The notes beneath the pieces are model-generated. The model made no database searches. It saw only the letters and a list, made by a program, of their open reading frames with translations, and was not told the origin of the DNA. From an uncultured Burkholderiales bacterium (GTDB lineage Bacteria > Pseudomonadota > Gammaproteobacteria > Burkholderiales > Burkholderiaceae_C): a stretch of 64,000 bases of DNA. This document shows, one piece after another, positions 27,663-36,799 of the stretch (the stretch's first letter is position 1; each line of letters begins with the position of its first letter). The stretch is from the NCBI GenBank assembly GCA_903892175.1, contig CAITHK010000267.1, positions 146-64,145 on the forward strand. The letters are read 5' to 3'. The translations under genes were made by a program, and so were the position numbers.

Positions 27663-28127
27663 TCAGTGGTGCAGGGGCAAGGCTGTTTTATAGCGCACTT
27701 GCTTGAGGGCAAAGCTGGAGCGAATTTTTTCGATACCCGGGATGGGGGTGAGTTGTTCCAAGATGAATTTTTCAAGCGCCGTCATGTCAGCGATCGCCAC
27801 GCGGATCAGGTAGTCGCTGTCGCCGGTCATCAGGTAGCACTCCATCACTTCATCGTGTTCGGCAATGCGTTGCTCAAACTCGGCCAAGGCCGACTTGGAC
27901 TGTTCTTTCAAACTGATGGAGATGAAGACCGACAAGTTCAGCCCCAGCTGTTTGGGGTTGACCAGGGCCACGTAGCGGTCAATCACGCCCGCAGCCTCCA
28001 GGGCTTTGACCCGCGTGAGGCAGGGTGAGGGCGACAAATGCACCCGTTTGGCCAGTTCGAGGTTGGTGAGCGAGCTGTCGTGTTGCAGCTCCGTCAAAAT
28101 GCGCAGATCGGTGGCGTCTAAATTCAC
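27663..28127 (-). CDS. Lrp/AsnC-family regulator (MdeR-like)
   Basis: Motifs LDATDLRIL, LSPSPCLTRVKALE and ECYLMTGDSDY; divergent from mdeB. Confidence 0.92.
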   Translation of the reverse strand: MNLDATDLRILTELQHDSSLTNLELAKRVHLSPSPCLTRVKALEAAGVIDRYVALVNPKQLGLNLSVFISISLKEQSKSALAEFEQRIAEHDEVMECYLMTGDSDYLIRVAIADMTALEKFILEQLTPIPGIEKIRSSFALKQVRYKTALPLHH

Positions 28128-28232
28128 TTTGTGCTTTAAAAGTAATGAATCGAGGCATTTTATTTTGTATTCGGGTCAAATTTTCACAAAAACGACAGCC
28201 TATTTGGGGCGGTTTTTTTTACAGTCTTTGCC

Positions 28233-30854
28233 ATGACAGACCACAGCCTTCACCCTTTCTTGGCCGCAGCCAGCGGCGACGCGGACTCCTTCGAAACTGC
28301 TGAGTGGCGCGACGCTTTTTTGTCGCTGGTGGCCACCCAAGGCCCCGAACGTGCACGCTTCATCTTGGACAACTTGGTGCATCTGGCCAACACCTCCAAG
28401 GTGCAGTGGCAGCCCGAGTTGGTCACGCCCTATGTCAACAGCGTGGCGGTGGAGCAGCAGCCCGCTTTTCCGGGCGATTTGGCCATGGAAGAGCGCTTGG
28501 GTTCGCTGATGCGCTGGAACGCGCTGGCCATGGTGGCCAAGGCCAACGCCGCGTATGGCGAGTTGGGCGGGCACATTGCCAGCTACGCCAGCGCCGCCGA
28601 TTTGTTTGAGGTGGGCTTTAACCACTTTTTCCATGCACGCAACGCGGCGCATGGTGGGGACTTGGTGTTCTTTCAGCCCCACAGCGCGCCCGGCGTGTAT
28701 GCCCGCGCTTTCCTTGAAGGTCGCCTGAGCGAGGCCGACTTGTCGCACTACCGCCAAGAGCTCACTGCGCCCGAGGGCGTGCGTGGTTTGAGCAGTTACC
28801 CGCACCCCTGGCTGATGCCCGATTTCTGGCAGTTCCCCACGGGCTCGATGGGCATTGGCCCCATCAGCTCGATCTACCACGCGCGCTTCATGCGCTACCT
28901 CACCCACCGCCAATTGCAAGACTGTGGCGCACGCAAGGTGTGGGGCGTGTTTGGCGACGGCGAGATGGACGAACCCGAGAGCATGAGCGCGCTCACGCTC
29001 GCCTCGCGCGAAAAACTCGACAACCTGGTGTGGGTGGTCAACTGCAATTTGCAACGTCTGGACGGGCCGGTGCGAGGCAACGGCCGCATCATTGACGAGT
29101 TGGAGCGCTTGTTCCGTGGAGCTGGATGGCACGTGATCAAGCTGGTGTGGGGCAGCGATTGGGATGGCTTGTTTGCCCGCGATGTGACCGGTGCCTTGGT
29201 GCGTGCCTTGGCCGACACGGTGGATGGCCAGATGCAAACCTTTGCCGCCAAAGACGGCCGCTTCAACCGAGACACCTTCTTTGGCCAAAACGAAGAACTC
29301 GCCCGTTTGGCGCAAGGTATGACCGACGAGCAAATTGACCGCCTCAAACGTGGCGGCCATGACTTGGTGAAGATCCATGCGGCGTATGCGGCGGCGGCCA
29401 AGCACCAAGGGCAGCCGACCGTGATCTTGGCCCACACTAAAAAAGGCTATGGCATGGGCGAGGCCGGGCAGGGCAAGATGACCACCCACAGCCAAAAGAA
29501 ATTGGATGAGACGGCCCTGATTGAGTTCAGAAACCGCTTCAACTTGCCCTTGAGCGACGAACAAGCCACGCAGTTGCAGTTCTTCAAACCCGCCCACGAC
29601 AGCGCGGAGATGCGTTACTTGCAAGCGCAACGTCAGCGCTTGGGCGGCTACATGCCGCAACGCCAGACCCAAGCCGATGTGGTGCCAGTGCCCGCCCTGG
29701 CCCAGTACGCCAACTTTGCGGTGAATGCGGCAGGCAAGGAAATGTCCACCACCATGGCGTTTGTGCGCTTGCTGGGCAATTTGCTCAAAGACCCCGCCTT
29801 GGGCCCACGCATTGTGCCCATCGTGGCTGATGAGGCGCGTACCTTTGGGATGGCCAACTTGTTCAAGCAGGTTGGCATTTACTCCAGCGTGGGCCAGCGC
29901 TACGAGCCGGAAGACATCGGCTCGGTGCTGAGTTACCGCGAGGCCTTGGATGGCCAAATTTTGGAAGAGGGCATCAGCGAGGCTGGGGCCATTGCCAGTT
30001 GGACCGCTGCGGCCACCAGCTACAGCGTGCATGGCTTGGCCATGTTGCCGTTCTACATTTATTACTCGATGTTTGGTTTCCAACGCGTGGGCGACGCCAT
30101 TTGGGCAGCGGCTGACCAACGCGCACGGGGCTTCTTGTTGGGCGCCACTTCAGGTCGCACCACGCTGGGTGGAGAAGGCTTGCAACACCAAGACGGCAGC
30201 AGCCACTTGGTGGCGGCCACCATTCCCAATTGCCGGGCCTACGACCCGGCCTATGCGGGCGAGATGGCGGTGATCGTGGACCACGGCATGCGCGAAATGT
30301 TGGTGGAGCAGCGCGATGTTTTCTATTACGTCACTTTGATGAACGAAAACTACGCCCAGCCCGATTTACCCGCAGGTGTTGAGCAAGACGTGATTCGTGG
30401 TTGCTACAAGTTCAAAACCTTCGAGGTGCCTCAAGCCAACGCGCCACGTGTGACCTTGATGGGCTCGGGCGCGATCTTGACCGAGGTGGTCAAAGCGGCC
30501 GAGCAATTGGCGGCACAAGGCATTGCCAGCGAGGTGTACAGCGTCACCAGCTGGAGCGAGTTGGCGCGTGATGGTGTGGCGTGTGAAGAACGTGCCTTGG
30601 CTAGCGACAGCAGCCCGGGCGTGCCGTTTTTGACGCAACAGCTGGCCACAAGCCAGGGCCCCATCGTGGCCGCCACCGACTATGTGCGTGCGGTGCCAGA
30701 GAGTGTGCGTGCGTACCTGCCCGCAGGACGTCGTTACTTGAGCTTGGGCACCGACGGCTTTGGCCGCAGCGACACGCGGGCGGCTTTGCGTGCCTTCTTC
30801 CATGTGGATGCCGCCAGCATTGTCAACGCGGCGAGGCACGCACTGGGTCAATGA
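28233..30854 (+). CDS. mdeB: Homodimeric 2-oxoacid dehydrogenase E1 (AceE paralog, MdeB-type)
   Basis: GGHIASYAS, GLSSYPHP, ThDP motif GDGEMDE..N, GEGLQHQDG and GTDGFGRSD; divergent Lrp and no aceF alongside. Confidence 0.85.
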   Translation: MTDHSLHPFLAAASGDADSFETAEWRDAFLSLVATQGPERARFILDNLVHLANTSKVQWQPELVTPYVNSVAVEQQPAFPGDLAMEERLGSLMRWNALAMVAKANAAYGELGGHIASYASAADLFEVGFNHFFHARNAAHGGDLVFFQPHSAPGVYARAFLEGRLSEADLSHYRQELTAPEGVRGLSSYPHPWLMPDFWQFPTGSMGIGPISSIYHARFMRYLTHRQLQDCGARKVWGVFGDGEMDEPESMSALTLASREKLDNLVWVVNCNLQRLDGPVRGNGRIIDELERLFRGAGWHVIKLVWGSDWDGLFARDVTGALVRALADTVDGQMQTFAAKDGRFNRDTFFGQNEELARLAQGMTDEQIDRLKRGGHDLVKIHAAYAAAAKHQGQPTVILAHTKKGYGMGEAGQGKMTTHSQKKLDETALIEFRNRFNLPLSDEQATQLQFFKPAHDSAEMRYLQAQRQRLGGYMPQRQTQADVVPVPALAQYANFAVNAAGKEMSTTMAFVRLLGNLLKDPALGPRIVPIVADEARTFGMANLFKQVGIYSSVGQRYEPEDIGSVLSYREALDGQILEEGISEAGAIASWTAAATSYSVHGLAMLPFYIYYSMFGFQRVGDAIWAAADQRARGFLLGATSGRTTLGGEGLQHQDGSSHLVAATIPNCRAYDPAYAGEMAVIVDHGMREMLVEQRDVFYYVTLMNENYAQPDLPAGVEQDVIRGCYKFKTFEVPQANAPRVTLMGSGAILTEVVKAAEQLAAQGIASEVYSVTSWSELARDGVACEERALASDSSPGVPFLTQQLATSQGPIVAATDYVRAVPESVRAYLPAGRRYLSLGTDGFGRSDTRAALRAFFHVDAASIVNAARHALGQ

Positions 30855-30872
30855 ACCTGGCGTGCAAACGCT

Positions 30873-30900
30873 GAGAGGGGGGCCGCAAGGCCACTCTCTC
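30873..30900. terminator. GNRA-capped hairpin between convergent genes
   Basis: GAGAGGGGGGCC-GCAA-GGCCACTCTCTC. Confidence 0.65.
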
Positions 30901-30908
30901 TAACGAAC

Positions 30909-31910
30909 TCAAGGCATGGTGTGTTGCAGGGCGCGGTTGAAGTAGCTCAGATCCAAAAACTTCTCGGGTGCGGGTGCTTTGCCGCCCCATTGGCCTTCGA
31001 TTTCGGCACGCAAGGCCAAGACGTTTTTGAAGCCTTGCATGTCCAGCGCGCAGTCTTTGGACAAGCCGCTGCCTGACGGGTCGTTCAAGGCTTGGTAGGT
31101 CATCTCGGCTTTGTTGGAATCGAGCTTCAACTCACGCGACAACACGCGCAGGGTAAGTGCTTTTTGCGCAGGGTCTTGGGCGGCGCGGCAGCCCTCGATG
31201 TAGGCTGCGATGTAGCGCTCCACGGCCGAGGCATGTGCTGCCGCCCAGGGGCGCATCACAAAGATGCCACCGGCTTGGTAGGGGCCATACAAGGCCGTGG
31301 TGGTGCCCAGGCTTTTGGCGCCACGCTCTTTGGCCAAAAAGTTCCAAGGTGGGTTGAGCAGCGTCGAGGCGCCTGCGGGACTGTCTAAGCCTTTGAAGCG
31401 ATTTTCTGAACCACCCAGTGGGTCGATCTTGTAGTCCTTGCCTTCCACCAAGCCTGCGTCCTTGAGGATCTTGCGGCCAATCAGGGCGTAGGCCGTGTCG
31501 GGTGCGTCCACCACATAGGTGCGTCCACGCATGTCAGAGGGTTTGTGGATGTCTTGGCGCACCAGCATTTCGTTCATGCCGCCGTCGCCACCAGACAGGA
31601 TGACGACATCTTTTTTGGCCACTTCAATCATAGCAATGGCGTTGTCGACGGCCGCGTGTGCAATTTCAAATTTGCCTTCGGCCAAACCGGCACGTTGCTG
31701 CTCGGAGTTGGGGGTGAATTGCATCACCGGGGTGATGCCGCGACGCGCGAAGTAGCCTTTTTCCATCGCCATGTAGATGGGGATGTTGCTGGCGCCACGG
31801 AACACATTGACGCGCAAGGTCACGGGGTCATTGGCAGGTGCTTGCGCCACTGGGTTGCTGCTGCAAGCAGCCAAAGTCAGAGCCACGGCGGCAGTGAGGA
31901 GTTTGTACAT
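30909..31910 (-). CDS. SsuA/NMT1/THI5-like substrate-binding lipoprotein
   Basis: Lipobox LAAC; PIYMAMEKGYFARRGI; no permease gene nearby. Confidence 0.8.
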   Translation of the reverse strand: MYKLLTAAVALTLAACSSNPVAQAPANDPVTLRVNVFRGASNIPIYMAMEKGYFARRGITPVMQFTPNSEQQRAGLAEGKFEIAHAAVDNAIAMIEVAKKDVVILSGGDGGMNEMLVRQDIHKPSDMRGRTYVVDAPDTAYALIGRKILKDAGLVEGKDYKIDPLGGSENRFKGLDSPAGASTLLNPPWNFLAKERGAKSLGTTTALYGPYQAGGIFVMRPWAAAHASAVERYIAAYIEGCRAAQDPAQKALTLRVLSRELKLDSNKAEMTYQALNDPSGSGLSKDCALDMQGFKNVLALRAEIEGQWGGKAPAPEKFLDLSYFNRALQHTMP

Positions 31911-31925
31911 AAGACCTTTCTTGAA

Positions 31926-32207
31926 TTAACGAATGTATTGTTCGCAGCTTTTCTTTTTTCTGTCGTCGGAGATTTGTTTGCAATATTTCACGTCGTTGTT
32001 CACCTTGGCGAGACATTTGTTTTTCAAGTCGCTGCTGCCGATGCGGTTACAGAACTCGGCTTTGTTGGTGTCCATGGCTTGGCAGTAGGTTTTTTTATCG
32101 GGGTCTTTGATGCCGTTGCAGCCTTCGTAGGCCTCTTTTTGCGCGTAGTCTTTGGTGGCAGCAGAGGCATTGAAGACCAGCAGCACCAGAATGAAAAATA
32201 GTCGCAT
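31926..32207 (-). CDS. Secreted 93-aa protein with three C-x11-C repeats
   Basis: GGAGA RBS, signal peptide ending ASA, and three 23-aa-period Cys repeats. Confidence 0.75.
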   Translation of the reverse strand: MRLFFILVLLVFNASAATKDYAQKEAYEGCNGIKDPDKKTYCQAMDTNKAEFCNRIGSSDLKNKCLAKVNNDVKYCKQISDDRKKKSCEQYIR

Positions 32208-32240
32208 GAAGTTTTCTCCCTGAGGGGTTGCGCACCTTTG

Positions 32241-33065
32241 TCAAACAGGGCTATCCCCGCCAAGCGTGATGCGGTGCATCACACGCTTGAAGCCATGGTA
32301 GTCGTTGACCGGGTTGTGTTGGGTGCAACGGTTGTCCCAAAACGCCAAGGAGTGGGGCTTCCACACAAAGCGGCACGTGAATTCCGCCTTGACTTGGTGT
32401 TCAAACAAAAACTTCAGCAAGGGGGCGCTCTCCTCATCGCGCATGCCCACAATGCCCGAGGTATGGGCCACATTCACATACAGCGCTTTGCGGCCTGTTT
32501 CTGGATGGGTTCGCACCAAGGGGTGCGCATGGGTGTAGTTTTGGGGGGCGCTTTCTTTGCCGTCGGTTTTGAGGCGGTCTTCTCGGGTTTTGGAGACATC
32601 GGCTTTGGCTGAGCTGCTGATGCCCATCAAGCCCACGAGCATCGATTGCAGGGTTTCGGACAGCGTGTCCCAAGCGAGGTACTGGTTGGCAAACAGCGTG
32701 TCGCCACCGTAGGGCGGAATCTCTCGCGCCAGCAGCATGGAGCCCATGGGCGGTTGTTCCAGGTAGGTGGTGTCTGAGTGCCAGATGCCCCCGAAGTTGT
32801 TTTTTTCGTGTTCGAGTTTTTTGACTTCAATCACGCAAGGAAATCCATCCAAGCCTTTGACGAACGGGTATTGCACGGGCGTGCCCATGGTCTTGGCAAA
32901 ACGCATGAACTGTTCGGTGCTGAGGTGTTGGTCGCGAAAGAAAATGACCAAGTGTTCGAGCAGGGCGGCCCGTATGGCGTGCTGCAGGTCAGTGGACAGG
33001 GGCTGTGTCAGATCCACATCCAGCAGTTCAGCACCCAAGGCACCCGCAATTCGTTGAATTTTCAT
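32241..33065 (-). CDS. TauD/TfdA family Fe(II)/2-oxoglutarate dioxygenase
   Basis: WHSDTT (HxD), GGDTLF, HPLVRTHPETGRKALYV, WDNRCTQH and RVMHR. Confidence 0.92.
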   Translation of the reverse strand: MKIQRIAGALGAELLDVDLTQPLSTDLQHAIRAALLEHLVIFFRDQHLSTEQFMRFAKTMGTPVQYPFVKGLDGFPCVIEVKKLEHEKNNFGGIWHSDTTYLEQPPMGSMLLAREIPPYGGDTLFANQYLAWDTLSETLQSMLVGLMGISSSAKADVSKTREDRLKTDGKESAPQNYTHAHPLVRTHPETGRKALYVNVAHTSGIVGMRDEESAPLLKFLFEHQVKAEFTCRFVWKPHSLAFWDNRCTQHNPVNDYHGFKRVMHRITLGGDSPV

Positions 33066-33177
33066 CAAATTATTCTGTCACAGACCCTGTTTTTCATCGG
33101 TCGGGTTTGTCCGGCCTGCGACAAGCGAACAAGAGGGTTCATGCCATCCTGTCGCGACAAAAAATTCAGGAGCCCTT

Positions 33178-34140
33178 GTGTTGAAAAACCTCTTACCAAC
33201 CCTTGCCCTTGGCTGGGTGTGTCTGGCGGCGCCCCTGCACGCGCAAGACTTTTTGTCGCGCCCCGTCAAAATTGTGGTGCCTCAAACCCCGGGTGGCGCG
33301 TCGGATGCCCTGGCGCGCATCGTGGGGCAAAAACTGAGTGAGAAATGGCAGCAATCGGTGGTGATTGAAAACCGCGCAGGCGCAGGCGGCAACGTCGGCA
33401 TGGACTACGTGGCTCAAGCCACGCCTGACGGCCACACCTTGTTGATGAGCTATGTGGGTTCACATGCGATCAATGCGTCGTTGTACAAAAAATTGCCGTT
33501 TGATCCCGAGAAAGATTTCGCCCCTGTGGCCACCTTGGCCACTTTGCCCTTTGTCTTGGTCGCCCGTCCCGATGCGCCATTCAAAACGGTCAAAGAGCTG
33601 GTGGAGCAAGGCCGAAAAACGCCGTTGACCTTTGGTTCTGCTGGCAATGGGTCGGTGAACCATTTGCTGGGGGTGATGTTCAATTCGGCGGCAGGCACGA
33701 AGCTGGAACACATTCCTTACCGCGGGGCCGCACCCGCCATGCAAGACCTGATGGGGGGGCAAATCAACCTGGTGTTCACCAGTTTGCCCTCGGTGGCAGG
33801 GTCTATCAAAAACGGCAGCTTGCGCCCGATTGCGGTCACCAGCGGGGCGCGTTCGTCCAACTTCCCCGCGATTCCCACCATCGCAGAAGCGGGTTACAAA
33901 GAATTTGACGTGTCGCCCTGGTTTGGTTTGTTTGCGCCCGCCAAAACGCCAGCGGCTGTGGTGCGACGCATCAACCAAGACATCCAAGAGGTGTTGAAAA
34001 ACAAAGAGGTGATTGAGAAATTCAACGCGCAGGGCGCGGATGTCTTGATCACCCAACCGGCTGAATTTGGCGCGATGCTCAAGAACGACCTCGCCAAGTG
34101 GGGCGAGGTGGTCAAAGCATCAGGCGCGCAGATCGATTGA
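33178..34140 (+). CDS. Bug/TctC substrate-binding protein
   Basis: Motifs PVKIVVPQTPGGASD, ENRAGAGG, SAGNGS and HIPYRG. Confidence 0.93.
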   Translation: MLKNLLPTLALGWVCLAAPLHAQDFLSRPVKIVVPQTPGGASDALARIVGQKLSEKWQQSVVIENRAGAGGNVGMDYVAQATPDGHTLLMSYVGSHAINASLYKKLPFDPEKDFAPVATLATLPFVLVARPDAPFKTVKELVEQGRKTPLTFGSAGNGSVNHLLGVMFNSAAGTKLEHIPYRGAAPAMQDLMGGQINLVFTSLPSVAGSIKNGSLRPIAVTSGARSSNFPAIPTIAEAGYKEFDVSPWFGLFAPAKTPAAVVRRINQDIQEVLKNKEVIEKFNAQGADVLITQPAEFGAMLKNDLAKWGEVVKASGAQID

Positions 34141-34154
34141 CTCCAGCGCGGTCC

Positions 34155-35099
34155 TCAAGCCCTGGCCGGTAACACCTCATTGACCGGTTTGCCTCCGCAG
34201 GCTTTGCCGGTGATGGGGGGCTTGGGCAACCGGTTCTCGCCGGGCTCGATCACAAAGGTGTAGTCGAGCGAGTACCAAGGCCCTGTGACATCGGAGTTAG
34301 GGGCAGGGGTGTCGGCGTGCAGCACGTAGTGGCCCACCAAGGCCTGGGTCACGGCAAATTGCACATCGGTGTCCAGAAACGGATCGTCACTGGAGTACAC
34401 CTGTGAGAACTGCGTTTTGTACCCCGGTTTGTTGATCATGAAATGGATGTGTGCGGGTCGCATGTTGTGGCGACTTTGCGCCCGCAGCAGCGCACCCACC
34501 GGACCACTCAAGGGAATAGGGTAGCCGGCGGGTTTGATGCTTTGAAAGGCAATGTGACCCTGGGCATCGGTGGTGAATGTGCCGCGCAAATTCATGTCGG
34601 CTTGCTCGGGGTCTTGGTTTTCATAAAACCCCTCGGCCGAGGTGTGCCACACATCCACCTCGGCATCGGCCACGGGCTGGCCTTGAAGGTCTTTGACCCA
34701 TGCGTTGACGAAGATGGGTACGCCCGCGGTGGGCGAGCGCACCAGTGAGTCGCCCGACACCATGCGCGGTGCGTCTTGGCGCCAAAATGGCCCCATCAAA
34801 TTGGCCGTGGTTTCAGTCTGGCCTTTGTCGCCGTTGTTGAGCAAACATACCAAGGAGGACAGCCCCATGGAGCCCGCCGCCAGCACCACCTCGTTGTGGG
34901 ACGGCGTGGTCAGTTGGCCCAGTTGCGCCACCAAAGCGCAGACTTGGTGAAACTCAGCTTCGGTCAATTGGGCGTCGCGGGCAAATCCGTGCAGGTGGAT
35001 CACGGCGGCCTTCATGATGGTTTTGAAGCGTTCGTCGGTGGCGTGGTCGAGTTCAGCCAAAACAGCCGTGGTGACGTCGTGTTGGTTTTTGATGATCAT
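34155..35099 (-). CDS. Intradiol ring-cleavage dioxygenase (hydroxyquinol/catechol 1,2-dioxygenase family)
   Basis: Fe ligands in GFYENQD, PAGYPIP and RPAHIH; N-terminal dimerisation helices. Start MIIKNQ at 35099 overlaps the upstream stop. Confidence 0.88.
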   Translation of the reverse strand: MIIKNQHDVTTAVLAELDHATDERFKTIMKAAVIHLHGFARDAQLTEAEFHQVCALVAQLGQLTTPSHNEVVLAAGSMGLSSLVCLLNNGDKGQTETTANLMGPFWRQDAPRMVSGDSLVRSPTAGVPIFVNAWVKDLQGQPVADAEVDVWHTSAEGFYENQDPEQADMNLRGTFTTDAQGHIAFQSIKPAGYPIPLSGPVGALLRAQSRHNMRPAHIHFMINKPGYKTQFSQVYSSDDPFLDTDVQFAVTQALVGHYVLHADTPAPNSDVTGPWYSLDYTFVIEPGENRLPKPPITGKACGGKPVNEVLPARA

Positions 35100-35791
35100 G
35101 GGTGTTGCTCTTCGATGTCGTTGTAGGTGAGGTAGTCCCACATGCGTTCGACGATGCCGCCGTTCCAGGTGGCACGTTCTTGGGCTTGTTGTGCCGTGTC
35201 AAAAATTTGGGTGTCGCTGTGTCCTGCGGCTTGGACGGCCTGTTCGACGCGGCCTGCATCTTCTAAGAACCAAGCCAGGACCAAAGCCTTTTGAATCGAA
35301 TCGCCCACGGTCACTGCGCCGTTGACGCTGACCACCACGGCGTTGGCTTGCCCCAGGGTGTCGGCCACACCCACGGCGGCGGCCTCGTTGCGAACCAACG
35401 CGGTGTCATGCCATCTGGGGACTTTGGGGTAGAAGTAGCTCGAAAACCCGTGGCGCGCTGAAGGCGTTAATTTCATCGCCGACAAGGCCATGACATGGGG
35501 TGGAAAGAAGCGGCAAATGCCTTTGACTTCAGGGCGACGTTGGTAGACCTGCTGGTGGATGCGCACTTCGCCCAGCACGCCTTCGGGCAAGGGGCCGTGG
35601 ACTGACACCACGGTGCCCGTGTCTTGGGGGGAGAGCAAGCCCATGGGACGAGGCGCGCAGACCAAGAAATGCGCAGCGTCAAGTCGCAGGCTGCAGTGTC
35701 CATAGGCCGTGGCCAAACCGGCCCGTGCCAAAGCGCGGCCTGTGGTGCGCACCAATTGTTCTTGGGCAGGGGTGGGGGTAGGGTGTGTCAT
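35096..35791 (-). CDS. Class II aldolase/adducin family protein, CmtD/DhbB-like ring-fission product decarboxylase
   Basis: Motifs AYGHCSLR and LGEVRIHQQVYQRRP; coupled to the CmtC-like dioxygenase. Confidence 0.75.
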   Translation of the reverse strand: MTHPTPTPAQEQLVRTTGRALARAGLATAYGHCSLRLDAAHFLVCAPRPMGLLSPQDTGTVVSVHGPLPEGVLGEVRIHQQVYQRRPEVKGICRFFPPHVMALSAMKLTPSARHGFSSYFYPKVPRWHDTALVRNEAAAVGVADTLGQANAVVVSVNGAVTVGDSIQKALVLAWFLEDAGRVEQAVQAAGHSDTQIFDTAQQAQERATWNGGIVERMWDYLTYNDIEEQHP

Positions 35792-36660
35792 CAGGTTTTG
35801 AATTCAGGAATATCGGGCACCGAGCCCCACATGCAAAACGATTTGGCGTCGAAGGGGAATTGGCGTGGCATGTCATCGGGGTCTGTGATCATGCGCACGC
35901 CACTGGAGAACTCGTAGACCATGCCGTCTGGCCCTTCAAAGTACAAAAACATGGCGCCCGAGGTGGGGTGTCGACCCGGGCCAAACACGACGCGCACGCC
36001 ATGCTTTTGAAGCAAGTACCAAGAACGCATGATGTCGTTGATGGAGTCGACCTGGTGGTTGATGTGTTGAACGCCTGCAAATGTGGACGGAAACAAAGCC
36101 ACCTTGTGGTGAACTTCGTCAATGCGCAACAAGGGCGCTTGTCCGATGCGGTCACTGACTTTGGCGCTGAGCACTTCGGTCCAAAATTTTTCGTCTCGCA
36201 CCGGGTCGGTGGTGCGCAGCCCCACATGAGAAAACCCAGTGCTGCCGGTGTCGCGGGTTGGAAAAAATGGCACCCCACAATGATGCGGGCGCACCAACAA
36301 ATCGATCGAGTTGCCACTGGGATCTTTGAAATTCAAGAAGGCTTGGACGTGGCGCATTTCACAGCCATCGGCGTCGCCTTGCGTGAAGTGGTAGCCCATG
36401 CTTTCTAGCTGTGCCGCAGCGTCTTGCAGCGCGGCGTCATCGCGCAGTTCAAAGCCGACCGTGTGGTCGCTCGGATCTCCGTCAAAGTACACCAAGGTGT
36501 GGTCTCGGTCATCGCTGCGCAGGTACACGCTGCTGCCATGTTTGGGGTTGCCAACTTGTTCGCCCACCCGCAGTCCCAAGATGCTGTCGGCGTAGCGGGT
36601 GGCACCCTCTAAATCACGGGTGCCAAGTCGAACGTAGCGGATGTCGTGCAGGTGGATCAT
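35791..36660 (-). CDS. VOC extradiol dioxygenase, CmtC/DhbA-like (2,3-dihydroxybenzoate-type 3,4-dioxygenase)
   Basis: Motifs MIHLHDIRYVRLGT, FSHVGL, VHHKVAL, QHINHQV and GPGRHPTSGAMFLYFEGPDGMVYEF. Confidence 0.78.
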   Translation of the reverse strand: MIHLHDIRYVRLGTRDLEGATRYADSILGLRVGEQVGNPKHGSSVYLRSDDRDHTLVYFDGDPSDHTVGFELRDDAALQDAAAQLESMGYHFTQGDADGCEMRHVQAFLNFKDPSGNSIDLLVRPHHCGVPFFPTRDTGSTGFSHVGLRTTDPVRDEKFWTEVLSAKVSDRIGQAPLLRIDEVHHKVALFPSTFAGVQHINHQVDSINDIMRSWYLLQKHGVRVVFGPGRHPTSGAMFLYFEGPDGMVYEFSSGVRMITDPDDMPRQFPFDAKSFCMWGSVPDIPEFKT

Positions 36661-36799
36661 GGGCGGTTTGGGGAAGTCAAGATCAACCTGAAAGCTTACC
36701 GTCTGTTCAAGGGCGGGCCAATCCCGGGCGATCAATTCCTACCATTGACCAAACGAATGTGGCTGTTTGACGGGCGAGTCGGCGCGGGGCCACAGGGCT

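Noticed and set aside
28200-30119. Long antisense ORFs (also 9744-11486, 5926-7428, 37951-39333 and 17731-19077)
   Set aside because: They lie opposite well-supported genes and show no motifs. Such open antisense frames are expected from GC-rich codon bias.
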